Source: an uncultured Prolixibacteraceae bacterium
GTDB taxonomy: Bacteria; Bacteroidota; Bacteroidia; Bacteroidales; FEN-979
Assembly: GCA_964616825.1 (NCBI GenBank)
Contig: CAZTSX010000006.1
Location: forward strand, 1,635 to 65,634
DNA: 64,000 bases
Direction of reading: 5' to 3'
The notes under the pieces are model-generated. The model searched no databases. It had not been told where the DNA came from and worked only from the letters and a program-made list of their open reading frames with translations. Shown here piece after piece: positions 26,294 to 36,635 of the stretch. Every line of letters begins with the position of its first letter. The stretch's first letter is position 1. Both the position numbers and the translations under genes were made by a program.

Positions 26294-27490
26294 ATGCCAA
26301 ACATTTCATTAAGAGGGCAACACATGCCTGCATCCCCAATCAGAAAACTGGTCCCTTATGCCGAAGAAGCAAAACGGCAAGGGAACAAGGTGTACCACCT
26401 CAACATCGGTCAACCTGATATCGAAACACCACCCATTATGCTGGATGCAATCCGTAATATCGATTTGAAAGTGGTGGAATACAGTCACTCTGCCGGGATT
26501 ATCACCTACCGGAAAAAACTTTCAGAATACTACGAGCACCACAACATTGATGTTACTCCTGACGACATGATTGTTACAGCAGGTGGATCGGAAGCGATCC
26601 TTTTTGCGATGATGAGTTGTCTCGATCCCGGCGATGAGATCATTATCCCGGAACCTTTTTACGCTAATTACAATGGATTTGCGATTGCTGCAGGAATCAC
26701 CATCAAACCGATAGAGTCATTTATCGAGGATGGATTCGCTCTTCCCCCGATCACCTCTTTCGAGGAGGCTATTACTCCGCGTACAAAAGCCATCATGATC
26801 TGCAATCCGAACAATCCCACTGGTTATCTCTACTCCCTCGAGGAACTTGAAACCCTTCAGGAAATCATTGATAAACATGACCTCTTCCTCTTTGCAGATG
26901 AGGTATACCGCGAGTTTTGCTATGATGGACGGAAACATCACTCCGTGATGAACCTGAAAAAGATTGAACAGAACGTTGTATTGATGGATTCGGTCTCCAA
27001 ACGCTATAGCGCATGTGGCTTGAGAATTGGTGTCCTGATCTCCCGCAACAAAGAATTGATGGCTACTGCCATGAAATTCGCCCAGGCCAGGTTAAGTCCT
27101 CCATCCCTGGGTCAAATTGCAGCAGAAGCTGCGATCGGCACACCCGCCGCCTATATGGATGCCGTCCTCCAAGAATACGTCCAACGCCGGGATATCGTTG
27201 TGGAATCAATCAACCGGATGGAAGGATGTTACTGCCCGAATCCCGGCGGAGCCTTCTACGCTAATCCACGACTCCCTATTGACGATTCCGACCGCTTCTG
27301 CCAATGGCTTCTGGAAGAGTTCAATTACGAAAAACAGACTGTTATGCTTGCTCCCGCTACCGGATTCTACTCTACTCCCGGACGAGGCAAAGACGAAGTT
27401 CGTATAAGCTACGTTCTGAATGTCAACCACCTCAAAAAAGCCATGAAATGTCTTGAAGAGAGTCTGAAAGTATATCCAGGAAGAGTTTAG
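26294..27490 (+). CDS. class I/II PLP-dependent aminotransferase (aspartate aminotransferase-like)
   Basis: SPIRKL N-terminus, NPNNPTG, SVSKRYSACGLRIG (PLP lysine). 398 aa. Confidence 0.9.
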   Translation: MPNISLRGQHMPASPIRKLVPYAEEAKRQGNKVYHLNIGQPDIETPPIMLDAIRNIDLKVVEYSHSAGIITYRKKLSEYYEHHNIDVTPDDMIVTAGGSEAILFAMMSCLDPGDEIIIPEPFYANYNGFAIAAGITIKPIESFIEDGFALPPITSFEEAITPRTKAIMICNPNNPTGYLYSLEELETLQEIIDKHDLFLFADEVYREFCYDGRKHHSVMNLKKIEQNVVLMDSVSKRYSACGLRIGVLISRNKELMATAMKFAQARLSPPSLGQIAAEAAIGTPAAYMDAVLQEYVQRRDIVVESINRMEGCYCPNPGGAFYANPRLPIDDSDRFCQWLLEEFNYEKQTVMLAPATGFYSTPGRGKDEVRISYVLNVNHLKKAMKCLEESLKVYPGRV

Positions 27491-27491
27491 A

Positions 27492-28664
27492 TCAATCGTA
27501 GATCAAATACTTCTCCCTCACCTTTTTAAACTCCTCTATTCCAGGTTGCCAGCTTTGCCGGATCTGTTTCTCCGGTAATCCCGATTGTATTTGTTTTCGA
27601 AGGTTGCTGCTTCCGGCAAGGATATCGAAGTAGGAGGTGAAGAAATCCGGACTGCTACCCAGATTCTTATAAGACATGATCAACCAGGCCAGGTTGATTC
27701 GCCCAAACATCGTATAATGCGTTTGGTAGAAGTCTCGTAAATCAAGTCCGAGGCACAATTCCCCCTCACAGGGAGGATGAAGGCTTTTCCCGGGGATGCT
27801 TTCTGGAACGAAGGAGAACCTGAAGCCCTTCATCACCGGATGTCCAAAAACCTCAAAAGGATAACAGGTGCCTCGCCCGACACTTACTTCCGTTCCTTCA
27901 AAAAAACAGAGTGAAGGGTATAAATAAATGGAGTTTGTGGTTGGAAGGTTTGGAGACGGAGCAACAGGCAGGTCGACAAAAGTGTGGTGGGTCCATCCCT
28001 TCAGAGGGATCACCTCAAGATCACACTGTACCCCGTCTTTCATCCACTGCTCGCCGTTCACCATTTTCGCATACTCACCAATTGTCATTCCGTAAACAAC
28101 CGGAACCGGATGCATTCCGACAAATGATTTGAACTCCCTCTCTAAAACAGGACCGTCAATATAAAATCCGTTAGGATTTGGCCGGTCAAAAAGGACTACC
28201 GGAATACCCTGTTCCGCACAAGCCTCCATCACATACGTTAACGTTGAAATATAGGTGTAAAAACGGGCTCCGACATCCTGAAGGTCGAAGATGACCAGGT
28301 CAAGCTCATCCAGATCTTCAGGCGCAGGTTTCTTGTGATTCCCGTAAATTGAGATCACCTCAATGCCAGTTACACTATCCACTGAATTTTCCACTAGTTC
28401 CCCAGCTCCCACACGTTGCCGAAATCCATGCTCCGGTGAGAAAATTCTCTCTACGTTGAAATCCATCGCCAGCAATGTATCAACTGTATTTGTACCGTTA
28501 ACAACGGAGGCGTGATTTGCCACCACACCGATTCGCCTGGCTTTCAGCAATGGCCCATAGAGATCTGTACGCTCTACTCCGGTAATAGTTTGTCCGGTCG
28601 CCGCTTCCAAACACACCATCAACAAAACCCATACGATAATAGTACAAAACCCACTCTTTCTCAT
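27492..28664 (-). CDS. DUF1343 family protein (NamZ-like exo-beta-N-acetylmuramidase)
   Basis: 390 aa with signal peptide. RIGVVANHASV and FDLQDVGARFYTYISTL motifs that I associate with DUF1343. Confidence 0.75.
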   Translation of the reverse strand: MRKSGFCTIIVWVLLMVCLEAATGQTITGVERTDLYGPLLKARRIGVVANHASVVNGTNTVDTLLAMDFNVERIFSPEHGFRQRVGAGELVENSVDSVTGIEVISIYGNHKKPAPEDLDELDLVIFDLQDVGARFYTYISTLTYVMEACAEQGIPVVLFDRPNPNGFYIDGPVLEREFKSFVGMHPVPVVYGMTIGEYAKMVNGEQWMKDGVQCDLEVIPLKGWTHHTFVDLPVAPSPNLPTTNSIYLYPSLCFFEGTEVSVGRGTCYPFEVFGHPVMKGFRFSFVPESIPGKSLHPPCEGELCLGLDLRDFYQTHYTMFGRINLAWLIMSYKNLGSSPDFFTSYFDILAGSSNLRKQIQSGLPEKQIRQSWQPGIEEFKKVREKYLIYD

Positions 28665-28698
28665 AAAACGTCTATCATCAAACTCAGCAGTTTACATT

Positions 28699-28716
28699 AC
28701 AAATTTACTACTTTTG
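28699..28716. promoter_or_regulatory. back-to-back -7 boxes (minus TAAATTTG, plus TACTTTTG) in the 18-mer ACAAATTTACTACTTTTG
   Basis: Lies between divergent NamZ-like (-) and LolE-like (+) genes. An identical 18-mer recurs at 45800-45817. Confidence 0.55.
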
Positions 28717-28735
28717 CAACAGCAAGCTATTTCCT

Positions 28736-29956
28736 TTGAATACCGAACTCTTCATCGCAAACCGGATGGTCGCCCGGACCAAATCCAATTTCTCCAGACC
28801 AATTGTGGTGATCGCAATCATCAGCATTGCCCTTGGCCTCTCAGTGATGTTTCTCTCCATTGTCATCCTTAGTGGATTTCAGAAAGAGATTCGTGAGAAA
28901 GTGATCGGTTTTGGAGGCCATATCCAGATTATTCGCTTTGAAGAGAACCAGTCATTTGAGCCTAATCCCATCAATAAAGAGCAGGAGTTTCTTCCCGCAC
29001 TTCAAGACATGGAGGGGATACGACACATCCAGGTGTTCGCCACAAAGGCCGGTATTATCAAAACCGAAGATCAGATCCAGGGAATTGTATTGAAAGGGAT
29101 TGGTAGCGATTACGACTGGTCTTTTTTTCAAAACAAAATCAAAGAAGGAAGATCGGTTCGTGTGACTGATACCAGCCGTTCCGATGAAGTGATCATATCC
29201 AGGAAGCTATGCAATCTCCTGAACCTGAAACTGGATGATGATCTAAGGGTCTATTTTATCTCTGGTAATCATGTGTTGGGAAGGAAATTCACCATCGTCG
29301 GAATCTATGAAACAGGCCTGGAAGAATTTGACAATATATATATCCTTGGTGACATCCACCATATCCGGCGGCTGAATAAGTGGGAACCTGGAGAAGTAGG
29401 TGGATTTGAAATCCTGATCGACGACTTCAACGATATTGACCGTATGGGAAGAGAGGTCTACCTGTCCATCGGATTTGACCTGGATGCTTCAACAATCAAA
29501 CAACTCTACCCCCAGATCTTTGACTGGCTATCCCTGCAGGATATCAATGTGATGATCATTCTGATCCTGATGATCCTGGTTGCAGGAATCACGATGATAT
29601 CCACCCTGTTGATCCTGATCCTGGAACGGACCAACACAATCGGTGTGTTGAAAGCCCTGGGGATGAAAAACAGCTCAATCCGGAAGGTTTTCCTCTTTCA
29701 ATCAGTATTTATAATTGGTTTGGGTATATTAATCGGGAACCTCTTTGGATTCGGGTTCTCATTTCTCCAGATGAGGCATGGTCTGGTCACACTCCCGCAG
29801 GAATCATACTATATGTCGGTCGTACCCATTCACCTCAACGGAGTGAATATTTTACTTCTGAATTTGGGAACAATACTGGTTTGTTACCTGATGCTTTTGA
29901 TTCCATCCATGATCATCTCCCGTATCAGCCCTATCAAAGCGATCCGGTTCAGTTAA
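28736..29956 (+). CDS. FtsX-family ABC transporter permease (LolC/E-like)
   Basis: TTG start. MacB-type N-terminal TM plus periplasmic domain plus C-terminal FtsX 3-TM bundle (ERTNTIGVLKALGM). Confidence 0.85.
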   Translation: MNTELFIANRMVARTKSNFSRPIVVIAIISIALGLSVMFLSIVILSGFQKEIREKVIGFGGHIQIIRFEENQSFEPNPINKEQEFLPALQDMEGIRHIQVFATKAGIIKTEDQIQGIVLKGIGSDYDWSFFQNKIKEGRSVRVTDTSRSDEVIISRKLCNLLNLKLDDDLRVYFISGNHVLGRKFTIVGIYETGLEEFDNIYILGDIHHIRRLNKWEPGEVGGFEILIDDFNDIDRMGREVYLSIGFDLDASTIKQLYPQIFDWLSLQDINVMIILILMILVAGITMISTLLILILERTNTIGVLKALGMKNSSIRKVFLFQSVFIIGLGILIGNLFGFGFSFLQMRHGLVTLPQESYYMSVVPIHLNGVNILLLNLGTILVCYLMLLIPSMIISRISPIKAIRFS

Positions 29957-29982
29957 CCATCAACGGGAATTCAATATCTTAT

Positions 29983-30699
29983 TCAACTCTTCTTGCTCTT
30001 TTTAACGTGTAATCCACACTCTTTCCCCTCTGGATTTTCCCACCACCAACGACCGGCACGAATACCTTCACCCTTCTGGGTTGCCCGCGTGCAGGGCAAG
30101 CAGCCAATACTGGGGAATCCTTTATCATGGAGCGGATTATAAGGCACCTTATGTTCACGAATGAAATCCCAAACCTTCACATCACTCCATTCGATCAGAG
30201 GATTCACGTTGATTAACGCTAAATCTTCATCCCACTCTATTGTACAGATATTTTCGCGGGTAACAGATTGTTCCTTTCGCAGGCCGGTGATCCAGATCTC
30301 CATCCCTTTAAGGGCTCGCTTCAAAGGCTCGATCTTCCGGAGATGACAACACTGCTTTCTGTTCTCAATGCTATCATAAAAGAGGTTAATCCCCTTCTCA
30401 TCCACCATCTTCGAAATCGCATCTGCTTCAGGAAACCGGATACCGATTGGAAAACCATACCGTTGACGGGTTATACTCAACAAATCATAGGTTTCCTGGA
30501 ACATCCTGCCTGTATCCAGTGTGAACACGTTTATCGCTCCTCCTGCTCCGGCTAACAGATGGGTGATAACCTGGTCTTCGGCGCCCAAACTCGTACTGAA
30601 CGCGACTTTCCCGGGATGCCGGTCAAAAAAGAAATCAATTATCTCAACAGGAGATAATCCCTCTGTTTCACACCTATATCTATTGATCTTTTGCTTCAC
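29983..30699 (-). CDS. cysH: phosphoadenylyl/adenylyl-sulfate reductase (thioredoxin-dependent), Fe-S type
   Basis: PP-loop SLGAEDQV, C-terminal ECGLH, and a CC...CxxC cluster (QCCHLRK, GCLPCT). GTG start. Confidence 0.85.
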   Translation of the reverse strand: MKQKINRYRCETEGLSPVEIIDFFFDRHPGKVAFSTSLGAEDQVITHLLAGAGGAINVFTLDTGRMFQETYDLLSITRQRYGFPIGIRFPEADAISKMVDEKGINLFYDSIENRKQCCHLRKIEPLKRALKGMEIWITGLRKEQSVTRENICTIEWDEDLALINVNPLIEWSDVKVWDFIREHKVPYNPLHDKGFPSIGCLPCTRATQKGEGIRAGRWWWENPEGKECGLHVKKSKKS

Positions 30700-30807
30700 C
30701 TCTATGAGGATTGTTTTTTTCCAATAACTGGCATGGATTTCACAAACTTCCTGTGAAATTACAAAATTCTACACCTATAATGGAACTTTGCCATGAGAAA
30801 ATAATCG

Positions 30808-30815
30808 TATTTTTG
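30808..30815 (+). promoter_or_regulatory. -7 box TATTTTTG upstream of mpl
   Basis: TAnnTTTG match 16 nt upstream of ATG 30832. Confidence 0.45.
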
Positions 30816-30831
30816 AAATTTACTCTACCCT

Positions 30832-32205
30832 ATGAATATTCACTTCATCGCCATTGGTGGAAGTGCCATGCATAACCTGGCTATTGCCTTGCTACAAAAA
30901 GGTTATGCTGTAACTGGCTCAGATGATGAATTTTTTGAACCTTCGAAGAGCCGGCTATCTACCTACGGGCTCCTCCCGACTGAAGAAGGATGGGTTCCGG
31001 AGAGAATCACTGCCAAACTCGATGCCGTGATTCTGGGGATGCATGCAAAAGCAGATAACCCGGAGCTTATCCGGGCCAGACAGTTGGGTTTGAAAATCTT
31101 CTCTTACCCGGAATACCTCTACGAACAATCAAATGATAAGCTTCGGATCGTCATCGGAGGAAGTCATGGAAAAACCACCATTACAGCAATGATCCTGCAT
31201 GTACTGGATAAAGCCGGAATTGATTGCGATTACATGGTTGGTGCGCAGCTGGAAGGATTTGATGTGATGGTGAGGCTAACAGAAGAGGCACCCTATATGA
31301 TCTTCGAAGGGGATGAATACCTTACCTCTCCCATCGACAAACGGCCTAAGTTTCATCTCTACAAACCCCATATCGCTTTGTTGAGTGGCATAGCATGGGA
31401 CCATATCAATGTCTTCCCGACATTCGAAAAGTACCTGGAGCAATTCATTCAATTCATCCGGCTCATTGAGCCAGGTGGAACGTTGATCTTCTGTCGTGAA
31501 GATCCGGAGCTAAATAAGATTTGTCCGGAGTCACGAAACGACATCGAAATTATTCCTTACGGACCTCCCGCTTGCAGGATCAAACAAGGGACAACCTGGC
31601 TGGAATTTGGTAAAAAAAACTACCCCCTGCAGTTTTTCGGGCATCACAATCTGCTGAACCTCAATGGCGCCCGATCTGTTTGTAAGCTGCTGAACATCTC
31701 CGATATTACATTTAACGAAGCAATCTCTACTTTCAAAGGCGCTTCAAAACGGCTTGAATTGATTGCTGATCATAACACGTGGGCCATTTACAAAGACTTT
31801 GCCCACGCCCCTTCCAAGGTCAAAGCCACTATCCAGGCGGTAAAAGAACAATACCCCGACCGGAAAATCATCGCTTGTCTTGAGTTGCATACTTACAGCA
31901 GCCTCAGTGAAGGATTTCTGCACCACTATGGAGGCACCATGGACGAAGCCGATTGCGCCTTTGTCTATTTCAATCCGCATGCCATTCAACTGAAACGACT
32001 TCCGGAGATCCTGCCAGGCCAAATCAAAGCCGGGTTTAAACGGCCTGATCTTGAGACGTTTAATGATTCAAAAAAACTTCAGGAAAGGTTACTTGAAGAA
32101 CCCAAAGAAAACAGCATCTTTCTCTTTATGAGTTCTGGCGATTTTGATGGACTGGATCTCTCTATCCATTCATCGAAATCAGGAACTCTTCATTCGAATC
32201 TGTAA
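30832..32205 (+). CDS. mpl: UDP-N-acetylmuramate:L-alanyl-gamma-D-glutamyl-meso-DAP ligase-like Mur ligase
   Basis: [16 protein letters not shown]-terminus and Mur ligase P-loop GSHGKTT. 457 aa. 3' end overlaps rho convergently by 44 nt. Confidence 0.75.
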   Translation: MNIHFIAIGGSAMHNLAIALLQKGYAVTGSDDEFFEPSKSRLSTYGLLPTEEGWVPERITAKLDAVILGMHAKADNPELIRARQLGLKIFSYPEYLYEQSNDKLRIVIGGSHGKTTITAMILHVLDKAGIDCDYMVGAQLEGFDVMVRLTEEAPYMIFEGDEYLTSPIDKRPKFHLYKPHIALLSGIAWDHINVFPTFEKYLEQFIQFIRLIEPGGTLIFCREDPELNKICPESRNDIEIIPYGPPACRIKQGTTWLEFGKKNYPLQFFGHHNLLNLNGARSVCKLLNISDITFNEAISTFKGASKRLELIADHNTWAIYKDFAHAPSKVKATIQAVKEQYPDRKIIACLELHTYSSLSEGFLHHYGGTMDEADCAFVYFNPHAIQLKRLPEILPGQIKAGFKRPDLETFNDSKKLQERLLEEPKENSIFLFMSSGDFDGLDLSIHSSKSGTLHSNL

Positions 32206-33826
32206 ACTTTATCTTCTCCTTGAGAAACTCCATTGCTTCGATTGGAGTCATGTCTGCCAGGTGATTCCGAAGAATCCAGATACGGCCGAGGATATCTTTT
32301 TCAAGTAACAGGTCTTCGCGACGGGTACTGGAAGCAACAATGTCTACTGCCGGCCATATCCGTTTGTTGGAGAGTTTTCGGTCAAGCTGTAATTCCATGT
32401 TCCCAGTGCCTTTAAACTCTTCAAAGATCACCTCATCCATTTTAGATCCGGTGTCGGTAAGTGCAGTAGCAATGATCGTCAGTGAGCCGCCGTGCTCAAT
32501 CTGACGTGCAGCTCCGAAAAATCGTTTTGGCTTCTGCAGTGCATTGGCTTCCACACCTCCGGAAAGAACTTTGCCAGAAGCAGGAGCTACTGTATTATAG
32601 GCACGAGCCAGACGAGTGATGGAATCGAGCAGGATCACGACATCGTGACCACACTCAACCAGGCGCTTGGCCTTCTCCAGTACAATGTTAGAAATCCGTG
32701 CATGGCGATCAGCCGGCTCATCAAAAGTCGATGAGATCACTTCGCCATTAACACTGCGTTCCATATCTGTCACCTCCTCAGGGCGTTCATCAATCAGCAA
32801 TACGATCAAATAAACATCGGGATGGTTAGAGGCAATCGCATTGGCGATCTCTTTAAGTAAAACAGTTTTACCAGTTTTCGGCTGAGCTACAATCAAACCA
32901 CGTTGCCCAAACCCGATCGGGGCAAACATGTCGATTATGCGTGTTGAAGTGGTACACTCCGGATGACCTGTAAGCCTGAATTTCTTCTCAGGGAATAATG
33001 GCGTGAGGAAATCAAAAGGAATCCGGTCGCGAACCTCCTCCGGTCTCTTGCCGTTGATCATCTCGACCTTAATCAGAGGAAAATATTTTTCCCCCTCTTT
33101 CGGAGGACGAATGGTACCACGTACCGTGTCACCAGTCTTCAGCCCGAACAGCTTGATCTGTGACTGGGAGACATAAACGTCATCCGGGGAATTCAAGTAG
33201 TTGTAATCCGAAGAACGGAGAAATCCATATCCATCAGCCATGATCTCCAGAACACCTTCTGTGGTAATAATTCCTTCGAATTCAAAGCCATACTCATCAC
33301 GATGCCGGTCGTTGTGATATTTGCGGGGATAGTCTCGTTGTTTTTTCTCCTCGGTTTGAGGAACCGGCAGATCAGGAGTTGTTTCCACTTTCACGGACTC
33401 AGGCAGCGTCTTTTTAACGACGACCGGAGTCTCTTTCGCCTCTGTCTCGGGCTTCTGTGAACTTCTCTTAGCTGGTTTATCATACTTTCTTTTTGGGGGG
33501 GGACTACTTCTCTCCTCCTTCTTTTCTTTCCTAACAATCACCTTCTTAGGCTCTTGTGCTGTCTTTGGTTTGGGAAGACTCTCTTTAGTCGATAGTGTCT
33601 CCTCTTTTTGAGGACGATCTGTCTTTCGAGGGCGCCCACGGCCTCTCTTAACCTCCTTTTTCTCTTTGGCAAGAATATCCTCGGAGGGATTTAATGCTTG
33701 ATGGTCAAGAATCTTGTAGATCAGGTCTTTCTTGTCCTGCTTATCTACTTTGGGAATGTTCATTGATTTGGCAATCTCACGAATCTCCGATAGCTCTTTG
33801 CTATCAAGCGAAATAATGTCGTACAT
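32162..33826 (-). CDS. rho: transcription termination factor Rho with long low-complexity N-terminal insertion
   Basis: Rho N-terminal helical domain, ~130-aa K/E/P-rich insert, CSD-like RNA-binding domain ([15 protein letters not shown]), RecA-type ATPase (AQPKTGKT). Confidence 0.95.
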   Translation of the reverse strand: MYDIISLDSKELSEIREIAKSMNIPKVDKQDKKDLIYKILDHQALNPSEDILAKEKKEVKRGRGRPRKTDRPQKEETLSTKESLPKPKTAQEPKKVIVRKEKKEERSSPPPKRKYDKPAKRSSQKPETEAKETPVVVKKTLPESVKVETTPDLPVPQTEEKKQRDYPRKYHNDRHRDEYGFEFEGIITTEGVLEIMADGYGFLRSSDYNYLNSPDDVYVSQSQIKLFGLKTGDTVRGTIRPPKEGEKYFPLIKVEMINGKRPEEVRDRIPFDFLTPLFPEKKFRLTGHPECTTSTRIIDMFAPIGFGQRGLIVAQPKTGKTVLLKEIANAIASNHPDVYLIVLLIDERPEEVTDMERSVNGEVISSTFDEPADRHARISNIVLEKAKRLVECGHDVVILLDSITRLARAYNTVAPASGKVLSGGVEANALQKPKRFFGAARQIEHGGSLTIIATALTDTGSKMDEVIFEEFKGTGNMELQLDRKLSNKRIWPAVDIVASSTRREDLLLEKDILGRIWILRNHLADMTPIEAMEFLKEKIKFTDSNEEFLISMNG

Positions 33827-33981
33827 TGAATGTATCTTTTAAGTTGTATTTTTTTGGAAGGAATCTTTCTGAAATTCAATAATCAAGCGTGTTGAAATAA
33901 TATAGGAATATGGTTAACTGATAATTCTCGAAATGTTGCTTGAAGTGGGTAAAAGAAAAAATCAGGGAATCAATTTCGGTG

Positions 33982-34012
33982 CAAATATAAATAATATTCA
34001 TGAATTGTCAAA
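33982..34012 (-). promoter_or_regulatory. rho promoter: TTG (-33-like) + 19 nt + TATATTTG (-7)
   Basis: Minus strand reads TTGACAATTCATGAATATTATTTATATTTG. It would give a ~155-nt G-poor leader. Confidence 0.5.
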
Positions 34013-34068
34013 AAAAATCAGTTTCTTTCCTAAATTCGCATAATAAACCCAGGCAAAAACAGTCTATT

Positions 34069-34542
34069 ATGTTACAGCGCATTCAAACCCTCTTTCTGGC
34101 AATAGCAGTTATCTCCGGGGCACTCCTTTTCTACTTCCCTATAGCAGACTATTACCATGAACTATACGGAAACTACAAATTGTATGTTACCGGGCTCCAA
34201 TGCATGGATCCCGATCCCAAAATATCGACAAGCATCTGGTTTACAGCGCCACTTTATCTCATTACAGGAGTTACGGTACTCCTTGGAGTAATTTCAATCT
34301 TTTTATATAAAAACAGAATTACACAACTACGGCTTGTCGCTTTCAATATCTTGCTCAATATTGTGCTGGTCGTCCTGCTCTTTATCTTCTATTCAGGAAA
34401 AATTGAGGAGCTGACACAAATTATTCCGACCTATCGAATAGGCGTCTTTCTCCCTTTAGTTTCGCTTGTTTTCCTTGTCCTGGCAAACCGTTTTATCCGG
34501 AAAGATGAAGCCCTTGTCAAATCAACAGACAGGCTGCGATAA
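34069..34542 (+). CDS. DUF4293 family membrane protein
   Basis: Start at MLQRIQTLFLAIA. Four hydrophobic helices, 157 aa. The upstream part of the track ORF is AT-rich leader. Confidence 0.6.
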   Translation: MLQRIQTLFLAIAVISGALLFYFPIADYYHELYGNYKLYVTGLQCMDPDPKISTSIWFTAPLYLITGVTVLLGVISIFLYKNRITQLRLVAFNILLNIVLVVLLFIFYSGKIEELTQIIPTYRIGVFLPLVSLVFLVLANRFIRKDEALVKSTDRLR

Positions 34543-34558
34543 TTATAACGTTAATTGT

Positions 34559-35902
34559 ATGTTGGAAATTTTCATTGGTATAGCTTCTCTTATTCTTATT
34601 GGCGGCTTCGGGATTGTGATCTGGAAACTGAACCGAACATCAAAAGGTCGTGATCAAACCTCGATAGCGGAACTCAGCAAACAGATGGAAGACCTCAATG
34701 CTGACAAACGGGTAGCCGAAGAGAAGATCATCTGGCAGAATGACCAGATCAACGGATTGTCACAGGAAAATGAGGAAAAAGATGCTGTTATCCTGGATCT
34801 GAACAATCAGGTTTCAGGGAAAGTTGCTGAACTCAAAACCTTATCGGATAAGTTTACAGAACAAAAAGCCGACATAGAACAACTCCAGGAGAAATTCAGG
34901 ATTGAGTTCAAGAACCTGGCCAACGAGATTCTGGAAGAAAAGACCCAGAAGTTTACCGAACAGAATAAAATACGCCTGGAAGAGATTCTGAAACCTCTTG
35001 GGGAGAAAATCCGTGATTTTGAAAAGAAGGTGGAAGAAACATACGACAAAGAGTCGAAGCAGCGCTTTTCTCTCGAAAAAGAGATCAAACAACTTGCCGA
35101 ACTCAACCAGCAGATCAGCCAGGAGGCAAACAACCTTACCAACGCCTTGAAAGGACAATCAAAAACTCAAGGCGACTGGGGCGAGATCATTCTCGAAAGC
35201 ATCCTCGAGAAATCGGGATTAACCCGCGACAGAGAATATTTTGTGCAACAATCCTTTACCAACGAGCATGGAAAACGCATGCAGCCGGATGTGGTGATCA
35301 GTTATCCGGGTGAACGGAATGTTGTGATCGATGCCAAAGTCTCCCTCACTGCATACGAGCGACTTTCTTCTGCTGTTACTAATGAGGATCAGGAAATTGC
35401 ATTGCGGGATCATCTTCTCTCTATCCGGAACCATATCAACGAACTGAATACTAAAAATTACCAGGATCTCTATCAGCTGAAAAGCCTCGATTTCGTCATG
35501 ATGTTTATGCCGATTGAACCCGCCTACCTTGTTGCCATGCAAAAAGATCCGGGACTGTGGAATTATGCTTATGAAAGAAGGGTGCTGTTAATCAGTCCGA
35601 CAAATCTCATCGCCGCCCTCCGAATGATTTCTAACTTGTGGCGGGTCGAGAACCAGAATAAAAACGCCATGGAGATTGCACGGCAAAGTGGAGATATGCT
35701 GGACAAACTCGCAGGATTTGTGGATGACATCCTGGATATAGGCAATAAACTTGATTCGACCAGGCGCAGTTACGATGCAGCCATGAACAAACTCTCTACC
35801 GGGAAAGGGAACCTGATCCGAAGAGCAGGAAAAATCAAAGAACTAGGGGCAAAATCCAGCAAAGAACTGCCCCGGCAATTATTGGATGATTCGAATGAAT
35901 AA
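34559..35902 (+). CDS. rmuC: DNA recombination protein RmuC
   Basis: N-terminal TM anchor, long coiled coil, C-terminal RmuC nuclease-like domain (PDVVISYPGERNVVIDAKVSL). Confidence 0.9.
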   Translation: MLEIFIGIASLILIGGFGIVIWKLNRTSKGRDQTSIAELSKQMEDLNADKRVAEEKIIWQNDQINGLSQENEEKDAVILDLNNQVSGKVAELKTLSDKFTEQKADIEQLQEKFRIEFKNLANEILEEKTQKFTEQNKIRLEEILKPLGEKIRDFEKKVEETYDKESKQRFSLEKEIKQLAELNQQISQEANNLTNALKGQSKTQGDWGEIILESILEKSGLTRDREYFVQQSFTNEHGKRMQPDVVISYPGERNVVIDAKVSLTAYERLSSAVTNEDQEIALRDHLLSIRNHINELNTKNYQDLYQLKSLDFVMMFMPIEPAYLVAMQKDPGLWNYAYERRVLLISPTNLIAALRMISNLWRVENQNKNAMEIARQSGDMLDKLAGFVDDILDIGNKLDSTRRSYDAAMNKLSTGKGNLIRRAGKIKELGAKSSKELPRQLLDDSNE

Positions 35903-36635
35903 AAAGAGAGAGAACTTTATTTTCGGAATCCGTCCCGTCATTGAAGCAGTTAAGTCCGGAAAAGAGATGGAGCGGATCCACCTCCAGAAAAACATGCGTG
36001 GTGAAAACTTCCGGGAGCTCTTCAACCTTATCAGAGAATTGAATATCCCCTTTCAGTTTGTTCCTGTCGAAAAACTCAATCGTCTCTCGAAACAAAATCA
36101 CCAGGGTGTAATTGCCTGGGTGGCAGAAATTACTTATCAGAAAATTGAGAACATCCTTCCTGCCATATACGAGGAAGGAAAGATACCACTGGTACTTTTC
36201 CTCGATAATATCACCGATGTGCGAAACGTTGGAGCAATCGCCCGTACAGCTGAATGTGCCGGAGTTGATGCCATTGTAATTCCGGTTCGTGGCTCTGCGA
36301 TGATCAATTCGGAAGCGATTAAAACATCCACCGGTGCGTTATATAAGGTACCTGTTTGCCGCACCACCGAACCGGGTGCAACGATAGAATTCCTGAAAAA
36401 TAGTGGTCTTCAAATCCTTGCAGCCACAGAAAAAGGGAGTAAAGAGTATTCTGAAGCCGACCTGATGAAACCTTTTGCATTGATCCTGGGTTCAGAAGGG
36501 AAAGGAGTTTCGACAGAGATCATGAAACTTGCCGACGAGCAAATCAATATACCCCTTAAAGGAGAGATTGAGTCGCTCAATGTCTCCGTTGCTGCCGGGA
36601 TACTTCTGTTTGAAACTATTCGCCAGCGCAAATGA
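35895..36635 (+). CDS. rlmB: SpoU-family 23S rRNA (guanosine-2'-O)-methyltransferase RlmB-like
   Basis: N-terminal SpoU substrate-binding domain (FGIRPVIEAV) plus SPOUT motifs (NVGAIARTA, LGSEGKG, ESLNVSVA). Start may instead be 35886. Confidence 0.8.
   Translation: MNKKRENFIFGIRPVIEAVKSGKEMERIHLQKNMRGENFRELFNLIRELNIPFQFVPVEKLNRLSKQNHQGVIAWVAEITYQKIENILPAIYEEGKIPLVLFLDNITDVRNVGAIARTAECAGVDAIVIPVRGSAMINSEAIKTSTGALYKVPVCRTTEPGATIEFLKNSGLQILAATEKGSKEYSEADLMKPFALILGSEGKGVSTEIMKLADEQINIPLKGEIESLNVSVAAGILLFETIRQRK

Noticed and set aside
30738-30758. Hairpin TTTCACA-AACTTCC-TGTGAAA between cysH and mpl
   Set aside because: It has a short AT-rich 7-bp stem with no T-run and no second copy. This is within chance expectation for an AT-rich spacer.
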